A stretch of 64,000 nt of DNA from the human T2T-CHM13v2.0 reference genome, Homo sapiens, in assembly GCF_009914755.1 (NCBI RefSeq), contig NC_060935.1, one strand, 5' to 3'. The notes beneath the pieces were generated by a model. It made no database searches. It was not told the DNA's origin and saw only the letters and a program-made list of their open reading frames with translations. Positions within the stretch are counted from its first letter, which is position 1, and every line of letters begins with the position of its first letter. Shown here piece after piece: positions 1 through 12,965 of this stretch. Both the position numbers and the translations under genes were made by a program.

Positions 1-1705
1 TCTTGGAGTTGCTCTTCTTGAGGAGTATCTTTGTGGCATTCTCTGTATTTCCTGAATTTGAATGTTGGCCTGCCTTGCTAGGTTGGGGAAGTTCTCCTGG
101 ATAATATCCTGCCTTGCTAGGTTGGGGAAGTTCTCCTGGATAATATCCTGAAGAGTGTTTTCCAACTTGGTTCCATTCTCCCTGTCATTTTCATGTACAC
201 CAGTCAGATGTAGATTTGGTCTTTTCACATAGTCCCATATTTCTTGGAGGCTTTGTTCGTTTGTTTTTACTCTTTTTTCTCTGAACTTCTCTTCTCACTT
301 CATTTCATTCATTTGATCTTCAATCACCGATATCCTTTCTTCCAGTTGATCAAATCGGCTACTGAAGCTTGTGCATTTGTCACGTAGTTCTTGTGCCATG
401 GTTTTCTGCTCCATCATGTCATTTAAGGACTTCTCTACACTGGTTATTCTAGTTAGCCATTCGTCTAATCTTTTTTCAAGGTTTTTAGCTTCTTTGCTTT
501 GGGTTCGAACTTCCTCCTTTAGCTCGGAGAAGTTTGATTGTCTGAAGCCTTCCTCTCTCAACTTGTCAAAGTCATTCTCCGTCCAGCTTTGTTCCATTGC
601 TGGCGAGTGGCTGCGTTCCTTTGGATGGGGAGAGGTGCTCTGAGTTTTAGAATTTTCTGCTTTTCTGCTGTTTTTTCCCCATCTTTGTGGTTTTATCTAT
701 CTTTGGTCTTTGATGATGGTGACGTATAGATGGAGTTTTGGTGTGGATGTCCTTTCTGTTTGTTAGTTTTCCTTCTAACAGTCAGGACCCTCAGCTGCAG
801 GTCTGTTGGAGTTTGCTGGAGGTCCACTCCAGACCCTGTTTGCCTGGGTATCAGCAGCAGAGGCTGCAGAACAGCGAATACTGCTGAACACCAAATGTTG
901 CTGCCTGATTGTTCCTCTGGAAGCTTCGTCTCAGAGGAGTACCCAGCCGTGTGAGGTGTCAGTCTGCCCCTACTGGGGAGTGCCTCCCAGTTAGGCTACT
1001 CGGGGGTCAGGGACCCACTTGAGGAGGCAGTCTATCCATTCTTAGATCTCAAACTCCGTGCTGGGAGAACCACTACTCTTTTCAAAGCTGTGAGACAGGG
1101 ACATTTAAGTCTGCAGAGGTTTCTGCTGCCTTTTGTTCGGCTATGCTCTGTCCCCAGAGGTGGAGTCTACAGAGGCAGGCAGGCCTCCTTGAGCTGTGGT
1201 GGACTCCACCCAGTTCGAGCTTCCTGGCCACTTTGTTTACCTACTCAAGCCTCAGCAATGGCAGGCTCCCCCAGCCTCGCTGCCGCCTTGCAGTTCGATC
1301 TCAGACTGCTGTGCTAGCAATGAGCGAGGCTCCATGGGCGTGGGACCCTCCGAGCCAGGCGCGGGATATAATCTCCTGGTGTGCCGTTTGCTAAGACCAT
1401 TGGAAAAGCACAGTATTAGGGTGGGAGTGATCCAGTTTTCCAGGTGCCGTCTGTCACCCCTTCCGTTGGCTAGGAAAGGGAATTCCCTGACCCCTTGTGC
1501 TTCCCAGGTGAGGCGATGCCTCGCCCTACTTCGTCTCACACTCAGTGGGCTGCACCCACTGTCCTGTACCCACTGTCTTGACGAGCCCCAGTGAGATGAA
1601 CCCACTACCTCAGTTGGAAATGCAGAAATCACCCATCTTCTGCGTCACTCACGCTGGGAGCTATAGACTGGAGCTCTTCCTATTCGGCCATCTTGGAACC
1701 ACCCC
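1..1705 (-). mobile_element. Primate L1PA LINE-1 (probably L1PA4-7 age): intact 5' end, 5'UTR and start of a disabled ORF1
   Basis: Reverse complement starts ggggtggttccaagatggccgaatagg. ORF1 ATG at 682 (ATGGGGAAAAAACAG) has an early frameshift. ORF 295..597 matches L1 ORF1p and ends in TGA where CGA is expected. Confidence 0.95.
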
Positions 1706-1909
1706 ACTTACTGCAATCTTTAACTCCCAGGCTCAAGTCATTCTCCATCCTTGACCCCTCAAGTAGCTGGGACTACAGGCATGCACCACCATGCCTGGAT
1801 AACTTCTTAATTTTTTGTAGAGACAGGGTCGTGCATTGTTGCCCAGGCTGGTCTTGAATTCCTGGGCTCAAGCGATCCTTCTGCCTTGGCCCCCCAAAGC
1901 ACTGGGATT
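1706..1909 (-). mobile_element. Partial AluJ-like SINE, apparently interrupted by the L1PA
   Basis: gtagctgggactacaggcatgcaccacc...gtagagacagggtc...cctgggctcaagcgatcc...aaagcactgggatt. Confidence 0.85.
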
Positions 1910-1910
1910 T

Positions 1911-4900
1911 CCTTTTTTTTTTTTTTGACCGATACATAATACTTATGGGGTACATGTGCTATTGTTACATGCATCGAATGTGTAATGATCAAGTCAGGGT
2001 ATCCATCACCCTCAATTTATCATCTCTATAGTTAGGAACATTTCAAGTCCTCTTTTTTATTTTGAAATATACATTATATTGTTAAATATAGTCAACCAAC
2101 TCTTATCAAACATTATAAATTATTTATTCTAACTAGCTGTGTATTTTTACCCACTAACCAACCTCTCTTCACCCTCCAGACATACCTTTCACAGCCTTTG
2201 GTATCTATCCTTCTACTCTCTACCTCCATGAGATCAACTTTTATAGCTCCCACATATGATAATAACATAAGATAATTATCTTTCTGTGCCTGGCTTAAAA
2301 TAATGACCTCCAGCTCCATTCATGTTGCTGCAAAGGACATGATTTCATTCTTCTTTGGTCAATTAGTATTCCATTGTATATACTTACCTCATTTTCTTTT
2401 TCCATTTATCCACTGATGTACACTTAGGTTCCTGAGTCCATATCTTTGCTGTTGTGAATAGTGCTGCAATAAACACGGGGATGCAGGTACATTTTTAGTA
2501 TACTGATATCTTTTCCTTTAGATAAATATCCAGTAGTGAGATTGCTGGATTATGTCATATTTCTCTTTTTAGGTTTTTCAGAAATCAAACTGTTTTCTAT
2601 AGTATTAATTTACATTCCCACCAACAGTGTATAAGAGTTCCCTCCACATCCTCTCCAGCATTGGTTAATTTTTGTCTTTTTAAAATAGCCATTCTCACTA
2701 TGGTTTTGGCTTGCATTTCCCTTATAATTACTGATGTTGGGCTTTTTTTTTTAAATATACCTGTTGGCTACTTGTATGTTTTCTTTTGAGAAATATCTAT
2801 CCATGTCTTTTGCTCACTTTTTATTGGAATTAATTTGTTGTTTACTATTGAGTTATTGGAGTTCCTAGTATATTCTGGTATTAGTACCTTGTCAGATGAG
2901 TAGTTTGCAAATATTTTCTCCCATTCAACAGGCTGTCTCTTCACTCTGGTGATTGTTTCCCTTGTTGTGTACAAGCTTTATCATTTAATATAGTCCCATT
3001 TGTCTATTTTTGTTTTTGTCTGTGTTTTTGAGGTCTTATCCATAAAATCTTTCCCTAGACCAATGTCCTAAAGTGTTTCCCCAATGTCTCCTTCATTAAT
3101 AGTGATGTTATAGTTTCATGCCTCATGTTTAAGTCTTTAACCCATCTTGAGTTGATTTTAGTATAGCAAGAGATAGAAACGGTTTCATTTTTCACATGGA
3201 TATCTAATTTTCCCAGCTCCATTAAGTGAAGAGGGTGCTCTTTTCCCAGTGTATGTTCTTGGCATCTTTGTCAAAAATCAGTTGGCTGTAAATACATGGA
3301 TTTACTTCCAGGTTCTACTCTGTTCCATTGGTCTATCAGTTTTTATTCCAATACCATGCTGCTTTTAATGCTATAGCCTTATATTTTTAAATCAGGCAGT
3401 GTGATGCATCCAACTTTGTTATTTTTGCTCAGAATTGCTGTGGCTATTCCAGCTCTTTTTTGGTTCCATCTGAATTTTAGGATTTTTTCTATTTCCATGA
3501 AAAATGGCATTGGTATTTTGAGAGAGACTGCATTGAATCTGTAGATTGCTTTGGGTAGTATGGTCATTTTAATTTTGTTAATTCTCCCAATCCATGAGAA
3601 TGGGATGTTTTTTGTGTGTTCTTTTCAATTTCTTTCATCAGACTTTTGTAGTTTTCCTTGTTAGAGGTTTCTCACCTCTTTGGTTAAACTCATTCCTAGA
3701 TTTTTTGTAGTGGTTGTAAAAGATAATGCCTTCTTGATTTCTTTCTCAGCTGGTTCTTTATTGGTATATAGAAATAAGCCTGATTTTTAAATCCTGTAAC
3801 TGTAATCAATTTATTGATCAGACTGAAGAGTTTTGATTTTTGTATTTCATGGTATGAGTTGTAATATCCCCTTTTTCATTTTTGATTTTATTCATGTAGG
3901 TCTTCTCTCTTTTCTTCTTGGATAGTTTAGCCACTGGTTATTTTGTTTCTTTTCAAAAACCGATTTTGCATTTCATTGATCCTTTATATTTATTTAGTTT
4001 CTTGTTTAGTTCTGCTCTGATCTTCGTTATTTCTTTCCTTCTACTAATTTTATGTTTAGTATGGTTTGTTCTTGCTTTTCTGGTTCCTTCAGGTGTATCA
4101 TTAGATTATTTAAGATCTTTTCTACCTTTTTTAATGGAGGCATTTATTACAATAAACTTTCCTCTTAGCATTGCTTTTGCAGTATCCCTTAAGTTTCAGA
4201 ATGTTGTGCTTCTATTTTCACTTGTTTCAGTAAATTTTTTATTTCTGCCTTAATTTCTTCTTTGACCCATTGGTCATTCAGGAACATGTTAATTTCCATT
4301 TATTTATACAGTTTTGAATGCTCCTCTTATTTATTTATAGTTTTATGCTATTGTGGTCTGAGAAGATATGTGATATGAATCCAATTTAAAATATATATAT
4401 ATTTAAAATCATACTTAGTGTCCTAACATATAATGTATCCTGGAGAGTGTTCCATGTACTGATGAGAAGAGTGTATATTCTGCAGCTGTTTTATGAACTG
4501 GTCTGTAAATGTCTGTTAGGTCCATTTGGTATAAAGTGCAGTTTAAATCCAATGTTTCTTTGTTAATTTTTTGTCTAGATGATCTGTCTAATACTGGAAA
4601 TGGAGAATTGAAGTTCCCAAGATTATTGTGTTGAAGTCTACCTTTCCCTTCAGATTTGATGTTTGCCTTATATATCTGGGTGCTTTGGTGTTGGGTGCAT
4701 ATATGTTTAGAATTGTTATATCCTCTTGGTCAATTGATCCCTCTGTCACTATATAATGACTTCGTCTCTTTTTAGTGTTTTTAGCTTAACCTTTGTTTTA
4801 TCTGATGAAAGTATAGCTACTCCTGTTTGGTTTTTGTTTCCTTTTGCATGTAATATCTTTTCCCATTCCTTTCTTTCAACTATGTGTCTTTACAGGTGAG

Positions 4901-7597
4901 ATGCGTTTCTTGTAGATAGCATTTAGATGGGTCATGTTTTTAAGTCCATTCAGCCAGTCTGTCTTTTAAGTAGAAAGTTTAATCTATTTATATGCAAGGT
5001 TATTGTTGATATGTGAGGGCTTATTCCTGTCATTAATTGATTTCTGATTATTTTGTGTGCTTTCATGAAGTTGTCCTTTCACTTCTTCCTGTAAGACTCC
5101 CTTAAGCATTTTTTGTAGTGCCAGTGTAGTGGCAATTAATTCCCTGAGCTTTTACTTTTAAGGGAAATACTTTATTTCTCCTTCATTTCTGACGAATATA
5201 ACTTTGCTAAGTACAGTATTCCTGGCTGGCAGGTTTTTGGTTTTGTTTTTTCTTTCAGCACTCTGCGTATATAATCCCATCCTCCTGGCCTGTAAAGTTT
5301 CTGCTGAAAAATCTGTTAGTCTGCAGGTTGTTCCCTTGTAAGTGTCTACAACCTCTTTTATCGCTGGTTTTATGATTCTCTCTTTGTCTTGGGATGGGCA
5401 ATTTGCTATAATGTGCTGTGGAAAAGACCTTTCTGAATTGTATCTATTTAGGGTTCTGAGATTCCTATATTTGGATCTAAATCTCTTGGGAGATTGGGAA
5501 GTGTTCAGGTATTATTTCATTAAATAGGTTTTATAATCTTTTGGTTTGCTCTTCACCTTCTGGGACACTGAAGGTGTCACCTTATGGCATCCTATAGTCA
5601 CATAGCCTTTGTTCATTCTTTTCTATTTTTTCTATATTTTTGTCTGAGTCATTTCAAAAGACTTATCTTCAAGGTGTGAAATTCTTTCTTCTGCTTGGTG
5701 TGGTCTGTTATTGAAGCTTTCAAATATGTTTTTTATTTCATTCAATCTATTATTCAATTCCAGAATATCTGTTTGGTTCTTTTTATATCTATCTCTTGGA
5801 CAAATTTCTCATTCATACCCCGAATTGTTTTTTCTGATTTCTTTGTATAGTCTATCAGATCTTCTTTAATATTATATTGAATTTTTCAAGGTTTCATCAA
5901 TTTCTTTTTCACTGGAATCTGTTGGAGAATTATTGCATTCCTTAGGAGTTGTCATGTTTTGCCTTTTCATGTTTCTTGTGTGCTTACACTGGTATCTGCA
6001 CATCTGGTGTAACAGTAGTTTCTTCCAATTTTTTGATCTGTCTTTCCTAAGAGAGTCTTGTTCCTGAAGATATATCTATGGTGTTCTTTGGGCAGGGCAC
6101 TTTGGTTTTGATTCTGGGTGCCTGCAGTAGTGTGATCTCCATGGAATTTTTTTCAGCTGTAAACAGCACCAGTAGTGTCTGGGAGTTCCTCTGTAGTTTA
6201 GGATGCAGTTGTTGGTGGAGGCTGTGGTAAAGTCTGGCTGGGGATAGGGACACCAGCTGGGCCAGTCCTCAGGCCCCAGTGGCAGCAGTGGCTGGCCCCG
6301 AATGCTTATCCTTGGGCCCAATGGTAGTGTATGCTGGTACCAGTGTTAGCAAGTCCAGGGAAACCAATTTTGGGCCTCCAGGCAACTTGCTCAGGTGCCA
6401 ATGATGACAGAGCTGGGCCACAGGGTGGGTAGGTCCTTGAGCTCTGAGCAGCAGATATGGCTTGGGCAATGGCAGTAGCAGTGGCAGAACAATCTTCTGC
6501 CTCCCAAGGTGTCCATGCTGGTATTGGGATGGCTGGGATAAGCTGGATGAGCTTGTCCCAAGGCCCACAGGTGGCAAATTCAAGTGAATGCCAGTTGTGG
6601 TGGTAATGGTCAGTTGGGTAGGGCAGTCCTCAAGCCCCCAGGAGTGCTCAGGTGCCAACAATACTGGATAGGGCAGGGTGATCCCTAGGCCCAGAGATGG
6701 TATGCGCTGGCACTGGGAGAAAAGAGGGTGGGACCAGGCCAGGTGGGCCTGTCCTGAGGCCCTCCAGTAATGCAAGAATGTACTGACTGTGGTAGGCAGG
6801 CACAGGAAGATCCCTGTATACCCTGCTGAATGCTCATGTTGGGGCAGCAGCAACTCTATTGCAGCCCTACTCCTGGGGAAGTTGAGTGGGATTGCTTTCA
6901 GTGGCAGCAGCTATAAACAGGCAGTTGGGCAATGCATGCTTCGGCCCCAGGTGGTGACTATGGGCAGGGTCACCTTTCCTCATGGCAGCCTTGCTTCGGA
7001 GGTAGCAGAGTATTGCCAATGGCTCATGCTTTGGCCTGGAGGGAGCAGTCAGGAGTGGCAACCAGCTTTGTGTAAGGGATGTCCATGGGGCTCCAGGGAT
7101 GAGATAGAGGGATGTGGGGCCCACAGCAGATGCAGTCTGGTGGGGGTTGGGCTATCAAAATGGGACTTTCCTGAAGTTGCCTGAGGATTCAGGGGATGTG
7201 TGAATTGCCTGAGGATTCAGGGTGATCTCCCTCTCTGGGAGCTGTTCATTGCCATTTCACAGTCTGTAGGTAGCCTCTTGTTAGTCTCAAGGCATCTATG
7301 GGTCAGGGGGTTCTCTGACTAGGATTTCAGGAGTCTGCTGTGGGAATGTGGACCACTAGGGGCTCACTTACTTACCTTTCTGCACATCGAGGAGTCTCTT
7401 CATGATCCCAGCCAGTCCCATAGAAGCAGACTGCCTGACTCCCCTCTTATCCCTTGCATTGGGTTTTTCTTATTACTTCTCAGTTGAATTCCAGCATTCT
7501 CTCAGAGGCGATCTATATAAACTGTGGTTACCTACTTGCTATATTTTGTGGAGGAGGTGAGTGCCAGATGCCTCTAGTCAGCCATCTTGAAGCCCCT
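1911..7597 (-). mobile_element. Old L1MA-type LINE-1, both ends present, internally deleted
   Basis: Poly-T tail at ~1913-1926, 3'UTR, ORF2 remnants (2768..2974 and 3379..3567 match L1 ORF2p), GC-rich 5'UTR at ~6000-7597 ending gccatcttgaagcccc (YY1-type L1 start). Confidence 0.85.
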
Positions 7598-7778
7598 GCT
7601 GATATCTGGATAGGGATTTCATAGCATCTGTATATTGCTATAGGTAAATATGATCATTTTAACATTTTTCTTTCAATCCATGAGCATGGGATGTCTCAAA
7701 AAATTTTGTAGCCTCTTCAATTACTGTTATCAGTATTTTATAGTTTTCATTGTGGAAATCTTTCACCTCCTTGGTTAA

Positions 7779-8163
<385 letters not shown>

Positions 8164-9278
8164 CTACTAATTTTTGTTTGTTGATTTTTTTATCCTGCAA
8201 CTTTATTGAATTCCTTTACCAGTTCTAAAAGATTTTGGTGGAATCTTTAGGTTTTTCTATGTATAAGATTATGCCATCTGCAAAGGACAATATGACATTC
8301 TCTTTTCCAATTTGGATACCCTTTTTCTTTTACTTGCCTAATTGTTCTGGTGAGGACTTTTCTTACTCTGCTGAATAAGAATAGTGAAAGTGGGCATCCT
8401 TGTCTTGTTCTAGTTCTAAGAGAGAAGGTGTTTAGCTTTTCCCCAGGTGGCTGTGGGTTTGTCATATATGACCTTCATTGAGTTATGTTCCTTCTAGACA
8501 TTATGTGATGAGCTTTTTTTTTTATCATGAAGAGATTTTGAATTTTATCAGATGCTTTTTCTGCATCTATTGAAATGATCATGTATTTTTTTGTCCTTCC
8601 TTCTGTTAATGTGATGTATCACATTTATTGATTTGTATATGTTGAACCATCCTTGAATCCCTGGGATAAATCCCACTTGATTATGGTGTATTATCTTTTT
8701 GATGTGCGATTGGATTCAGATTGCTAGTTTGTGTGTCTGTGTGTGTGTTTTGTTTCTGAGGATTCTGCATCTATGTTCATCAGGGAGATTGGCCTGTAGT
8801 TTTCTTTTTTGCTGTTATTGTGTCCTTATCTGGTTTTGGTATCAAGATACTGCTTGCCTCACAGAATGAGTTAGGGAGAATTCCTTTCTCTTCAGTCTTT
8901 TGGAATTGTCTGAGAAGAATTCATGTTAGTTCTTTAAAGGTTTGGTAGAATTCAGTAGAAAACCCGTGCAATCCTGAGGTTTTCTTTACTGGGAGACTTT
9001 ATTACTGATACAATCTCATTCCTTGTTATTGCTCTGTTCAGATTTTTTTTCTTCCTGGTTCAATCTTGGGAGGTTATATATGTCCAGGAATTTATCTCTT
9101 TCCTCTAGGTTTTCTAATTGTTGACATATAGTTGTTCATAATGGTCTCTAATAATCTTTTGTATTTCTGTGGTGTCCATTGTAAGTCTCCTTTTTCATTT
9201 CTGATTTTATTTATTGGGTCTTCTTGGTTAGTCTAGCTAATGGTTTATTGATTTTCTCTTTTCAAAAAATCAGTTTTT

Positions 9279-9570
9279 TGGCTGGGTTTGTTGGCTCACA
9301 CCTGTAAACCCAGTACTTTGGAAGGCCAAGGCAGGCCGATCGCTTGAGTCCAGGAGTTTGAGACCAGCCTGAGCAACATGGCAAACCCCCATCTCTACCA
9401 AAAAAAAAAAAAAAAATTAGCGAGGTGTGGTGCTGCACATCTACTCAGAAGCTGAGGCAGGAGGATTGCTTGAGCCCAGGAAGCAGAGGTTACAGTGAGC
9501 CAAGATCACACCACTGCGCTCTAGCCTGGGTGACAGAGTGAGACCGTGTCTCGGGGGGTGGGGGGGAGGC
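9279..9570 (+). mobile_element. AluJ-like SINE with a G-rich remnant in place of the A-tail
   Basis: ggctgggtttgttggctcacacctgtaa...A-linker...gcctgggtgacagagtgagaccgtgtctc followed by ggggggtgggggggag. Confidence 0.9.
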
Positions 9571-12309
9571 CTCATTTCATTGATCTTTTGTCTTTTTTAC
9601 CTTTTATCTCTATTTCATTTAGATCTGCTCTGATCTTTACTATTTATTTCCTTCTAATTTTAGGTTTGATTTGTTCTTGCTTTTCTAGTTCCTTGAGATG
9701 CGTTTATTAGGTTATTTGTTTAAAAACTTTCTACCTTATTGATGTGGGTGTTTATTGAAATAAATGTCCCTCATAGCACTTCTTTTGTTGTACCCTATAC
9801 ATTTTTGTATGCTGTGTTTCTATTTTCATTTGTTTCAAAGAATTTTTAAATTTTTAAAATCAATTTCTTCATAGACACAGTGGTCATTCAGGAACATGTA
9901 GTTTGATTTCCGTGTATCTGTTCAATTTCAGAAGTTCCTCTTGTTATTGATTTCCAGTTTTATTCCATTGTGGTCTGAGAAGATACTTGATAAGATTTTG
10001 ACTTTTAAAAATTTATTGAGACCCGTTTTGTGTCCTAACATATGGTATATCCTGGAGAATGTGCTGTGTGCTAACGAAGCAGCAGTTCAAATCTAATATT
10101 TCCTTGTTGATATTTTTCCATCCAAATGAATTGTCCAATGCTGAGTATGAAATGTTGCCATCCCTAACTATTATTGTATTGGGGTCTATCTCTTTAGCAC
10201 TAATAATATTTGTTTAATATACCTGGGTACTCCAGTGTTGTTGGTTGCATATATAATTGTTATATCTTCTTGCTGAATTGATCCATTTATAATTATATAA
10301 TGACCTCCTTTGTCTCTTTTTTCTTTTTCTTTTCTTTTTTTTTTTTTTTTGACTCAGTATTTTTTGTCTGTCTACTCCTGCATGCTTTTGGTGTCTGTTT
10401 GTGTGGAATATCTTTTTCTATCCATTCCCTTACAGTCTATGGGTGTCTTTACAGGTGAAGTCAGTTTCTTATAGGCAGCATGTAATTGGGTTTTATTTTT
10501 TTAATTCATTTAGCCAGTATCTATCTTTCATTTGGGAAATTTAAATTACCTACATTCAAGATTGTTATCAATAGGTGAGGACTTACTCCTGTCATTTTAT
10601 TGTTTTCTGACTGATTTGTATACTTTTGTTTCCTCTCATTGTTTTTCTTTGCAATTTTTTGGTTTTCTGTAGTGATAATCTTTTATTCCTTTTCCTTTCT
10701 CATTTGTGTATCTGCTCTACTAGTGTTTTATGCTTTTGTAGTTTCATGATGGTAGATATCATCCTCCTACTTCCAGATGTAGTACTCCCTTAAGCATTTC
10801 TTGTGGGGCTGATTTAGTAGTAATGAATTCCCTCAGTTTTTGCTTGTCTGAGGGAGGCAAAATTTCTTCCCTCATTCTGCTTCATTTCTGAAGGATAGCT
10901 TTGCTGGGTATAGTATTTGTGGCTAGCAATTTTGTGAGCTTTTCCCCACCTTGCAGCACTTTTAATATGGCATTCAATTCTTTCCTGGCCTAGAAGGTTT
11001 CTGCTGAAAAATCTGTTAATCTGCTGTTGATTCCCTTATATGTGACTTCATGCTTCTCTCTTGTTTTTTAAATTCTCTCTTTGATTTTTGACAGTTTGAT
11101 GAAAATGTGCCTCAGAGAGGCCCTTTTAGGGTTGAATCTATTTAGGGATTTGTGAGCTTCCTTTATCTGTTAGTCTCTTTCTCTCCCAAACTTTGGCAGT
11201 TTTCAGGTATTATCTTCTTAAATAGATTTTCTGGTCCTTATCCCAACACTTCTTCTGGAACTCCCAAAATGTGAAATATTGTTAGCTTAATAGTGTCTCA
11301 TATGTCACGCAGGCATTCTTCATTCTTTTTTATTGTTATTTTTTAAATCTGTCTGGTTTATTGCAAAACACCTGTCTTCAAATTTAGAAATTATTTCTTC
11401 TGCTTGACTTAGCCGGCTTTTGAAGCTTTCAATTGTATTTTTTATTTCATTCATTTAATTTATCACCTCCAGGATTTTTGTTTGGTTCTTTTTCATATCT
11501 AACTCTGCTGGATTTCCCATTTAGATAATGAATTGTTTTCCTGATATGTTTGTATTGTCTATTTGTGTTCTCTTGTATCTCATTGGGTTTCCTTAAGATT
11601 TCCTTTACTTTGGAGTCTATTATTGGAGAATTATTGTGTTCTTTTGGCAAGTCATGTTTTCTTGTTTTTTTCCCCCCAAGTTTTTTGTGTCCCCAAGTTG
11701 ATATCTGCATATCTGGAATAACAGAGACTTCCAATTTTATGGAGTAGCCTTAGTAAGGACTTTTCCTGTACACGCGTCTGTAGTATCATTTGGGTAGGGT
11801 GCTTTGGCTTTGGTTCTGGTTCAGTGCAGAAGTGTGGTGTCTCTACAATTAATTAGACTATAATCCACATCAGTGGTATCTGCAAGTTCATCAGTGGCTT
11901 AGGCTGCTTGGTGCTTAGGATGTCTGTGAAGGCAAGAAGGCTCCTTAGAGGTACTTACTCCTCTATTTTTGCTGATGTTGCTAACTACCTTCAAACTTTT
12001 TGACAAAGCATTTTAAGCCTCTTCTCTGATTCTGTATGCAGTTTTGCAGTGCTGGGCAGGGGACTAGAATGCTATTGGAATTTGGCTCACTTTGCTACCC
12101 ACAGGCAATTTGAAGGTATTCTTTCTCCTAATACTGCTAACAGCATGGGTCATGTGGTTTTATTTGCACTTACTGATTTTATGCTTTTAGGGGAGGATGA
12201 GTGAGATGATTTATAGTCAGAGGGGATGAGGAGCAGCATGCTATTTTTCTCCAAGCCTGGCTGAAAGTCTTTTTTAAATTATCCTTTTTTCTTAGTACCC
12301 CTTTCTAAT

Positions 12310-12965
12310 CTATCAGTATGTCTTATCAACTCTCTGGATTTGCCCACACCTAGTCTCTCCAGCTATCTCCCTGGTTAAAACCACCACCATTTCTCTGCCT
12401 ACATTGTTGTCCATACCTCATTACTGGTCTCTTGATTTCCACTCTTGCTTCCTGTACTCCATTCTTCACATAACAGCTCAAGGGAGTTCTTTAAATGTAC
12501 AGTGGATCTTGCTGCTTCCCTACTCAAATGTTCCGACAGCTTCCTGTCACCCTGTCTTGTGTCAGTCTCACAGCACACACAGCTTAATTCAGGAATTAAG
12601 CTGTGCTGGTCACTTATTGAGAAAGAGCTTCATGGTGGGCAGCTGGGAAGCTGCACAGAACACTCCTCAGAGTTCTACAAGCGGCTGAGAGAGCTGGGGT
12701 ATTTATCTTTCACTAGTGAGTGCTGCCCCGGTGGTGGCTCACTTTCCATTCCTTTTGGCCTGCCCTGTGTGCAGCTCAGCAAGTGCCTGAAGTCAGAGGT
12801 AGTGCTTATGAAAGTATCTGGTGGGCTTGCATTAAGAAGCTGTCAGTGTGAAGAACGTGAATGCTAAGGGCATATGAGTGTGTCCCTGAGAACATGGATA
12901 TTGTGTTCTTTACCTCCATGTCTCCAGTGCCTGCCACATAGCAGGTCCTCCAAGATTTGCTGATC
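12310..12965 (+). mobile_element. L2 fragments, probably split by an LTR-like insert (~12555-12890)
   Basis: L2-like ctggtctcttgatttccactcttgcttcc...cttcacataacagc and L2 3' end tctccagtgcctgccacatagcaggtcctc. Confidence 0.5.

Noticed and set aside
295-597. Functional L1 ORF1
   Set aside because: Frameshift just after the ATG at 682 and a premature TGA; retrotransposition-dead.
6269-7184. 194-aa and 131-aa ORFs and GC-rich island
   Set aside because: They lie in the 5'UTR of an old L1M element and are CpG-depleted.
7177-7222. Short direct repeat ttgcctgaggattcaggg x2 (similar case at 14803-14848)
   Set aside because: Ordinary local slippage duplications inside old repeats.
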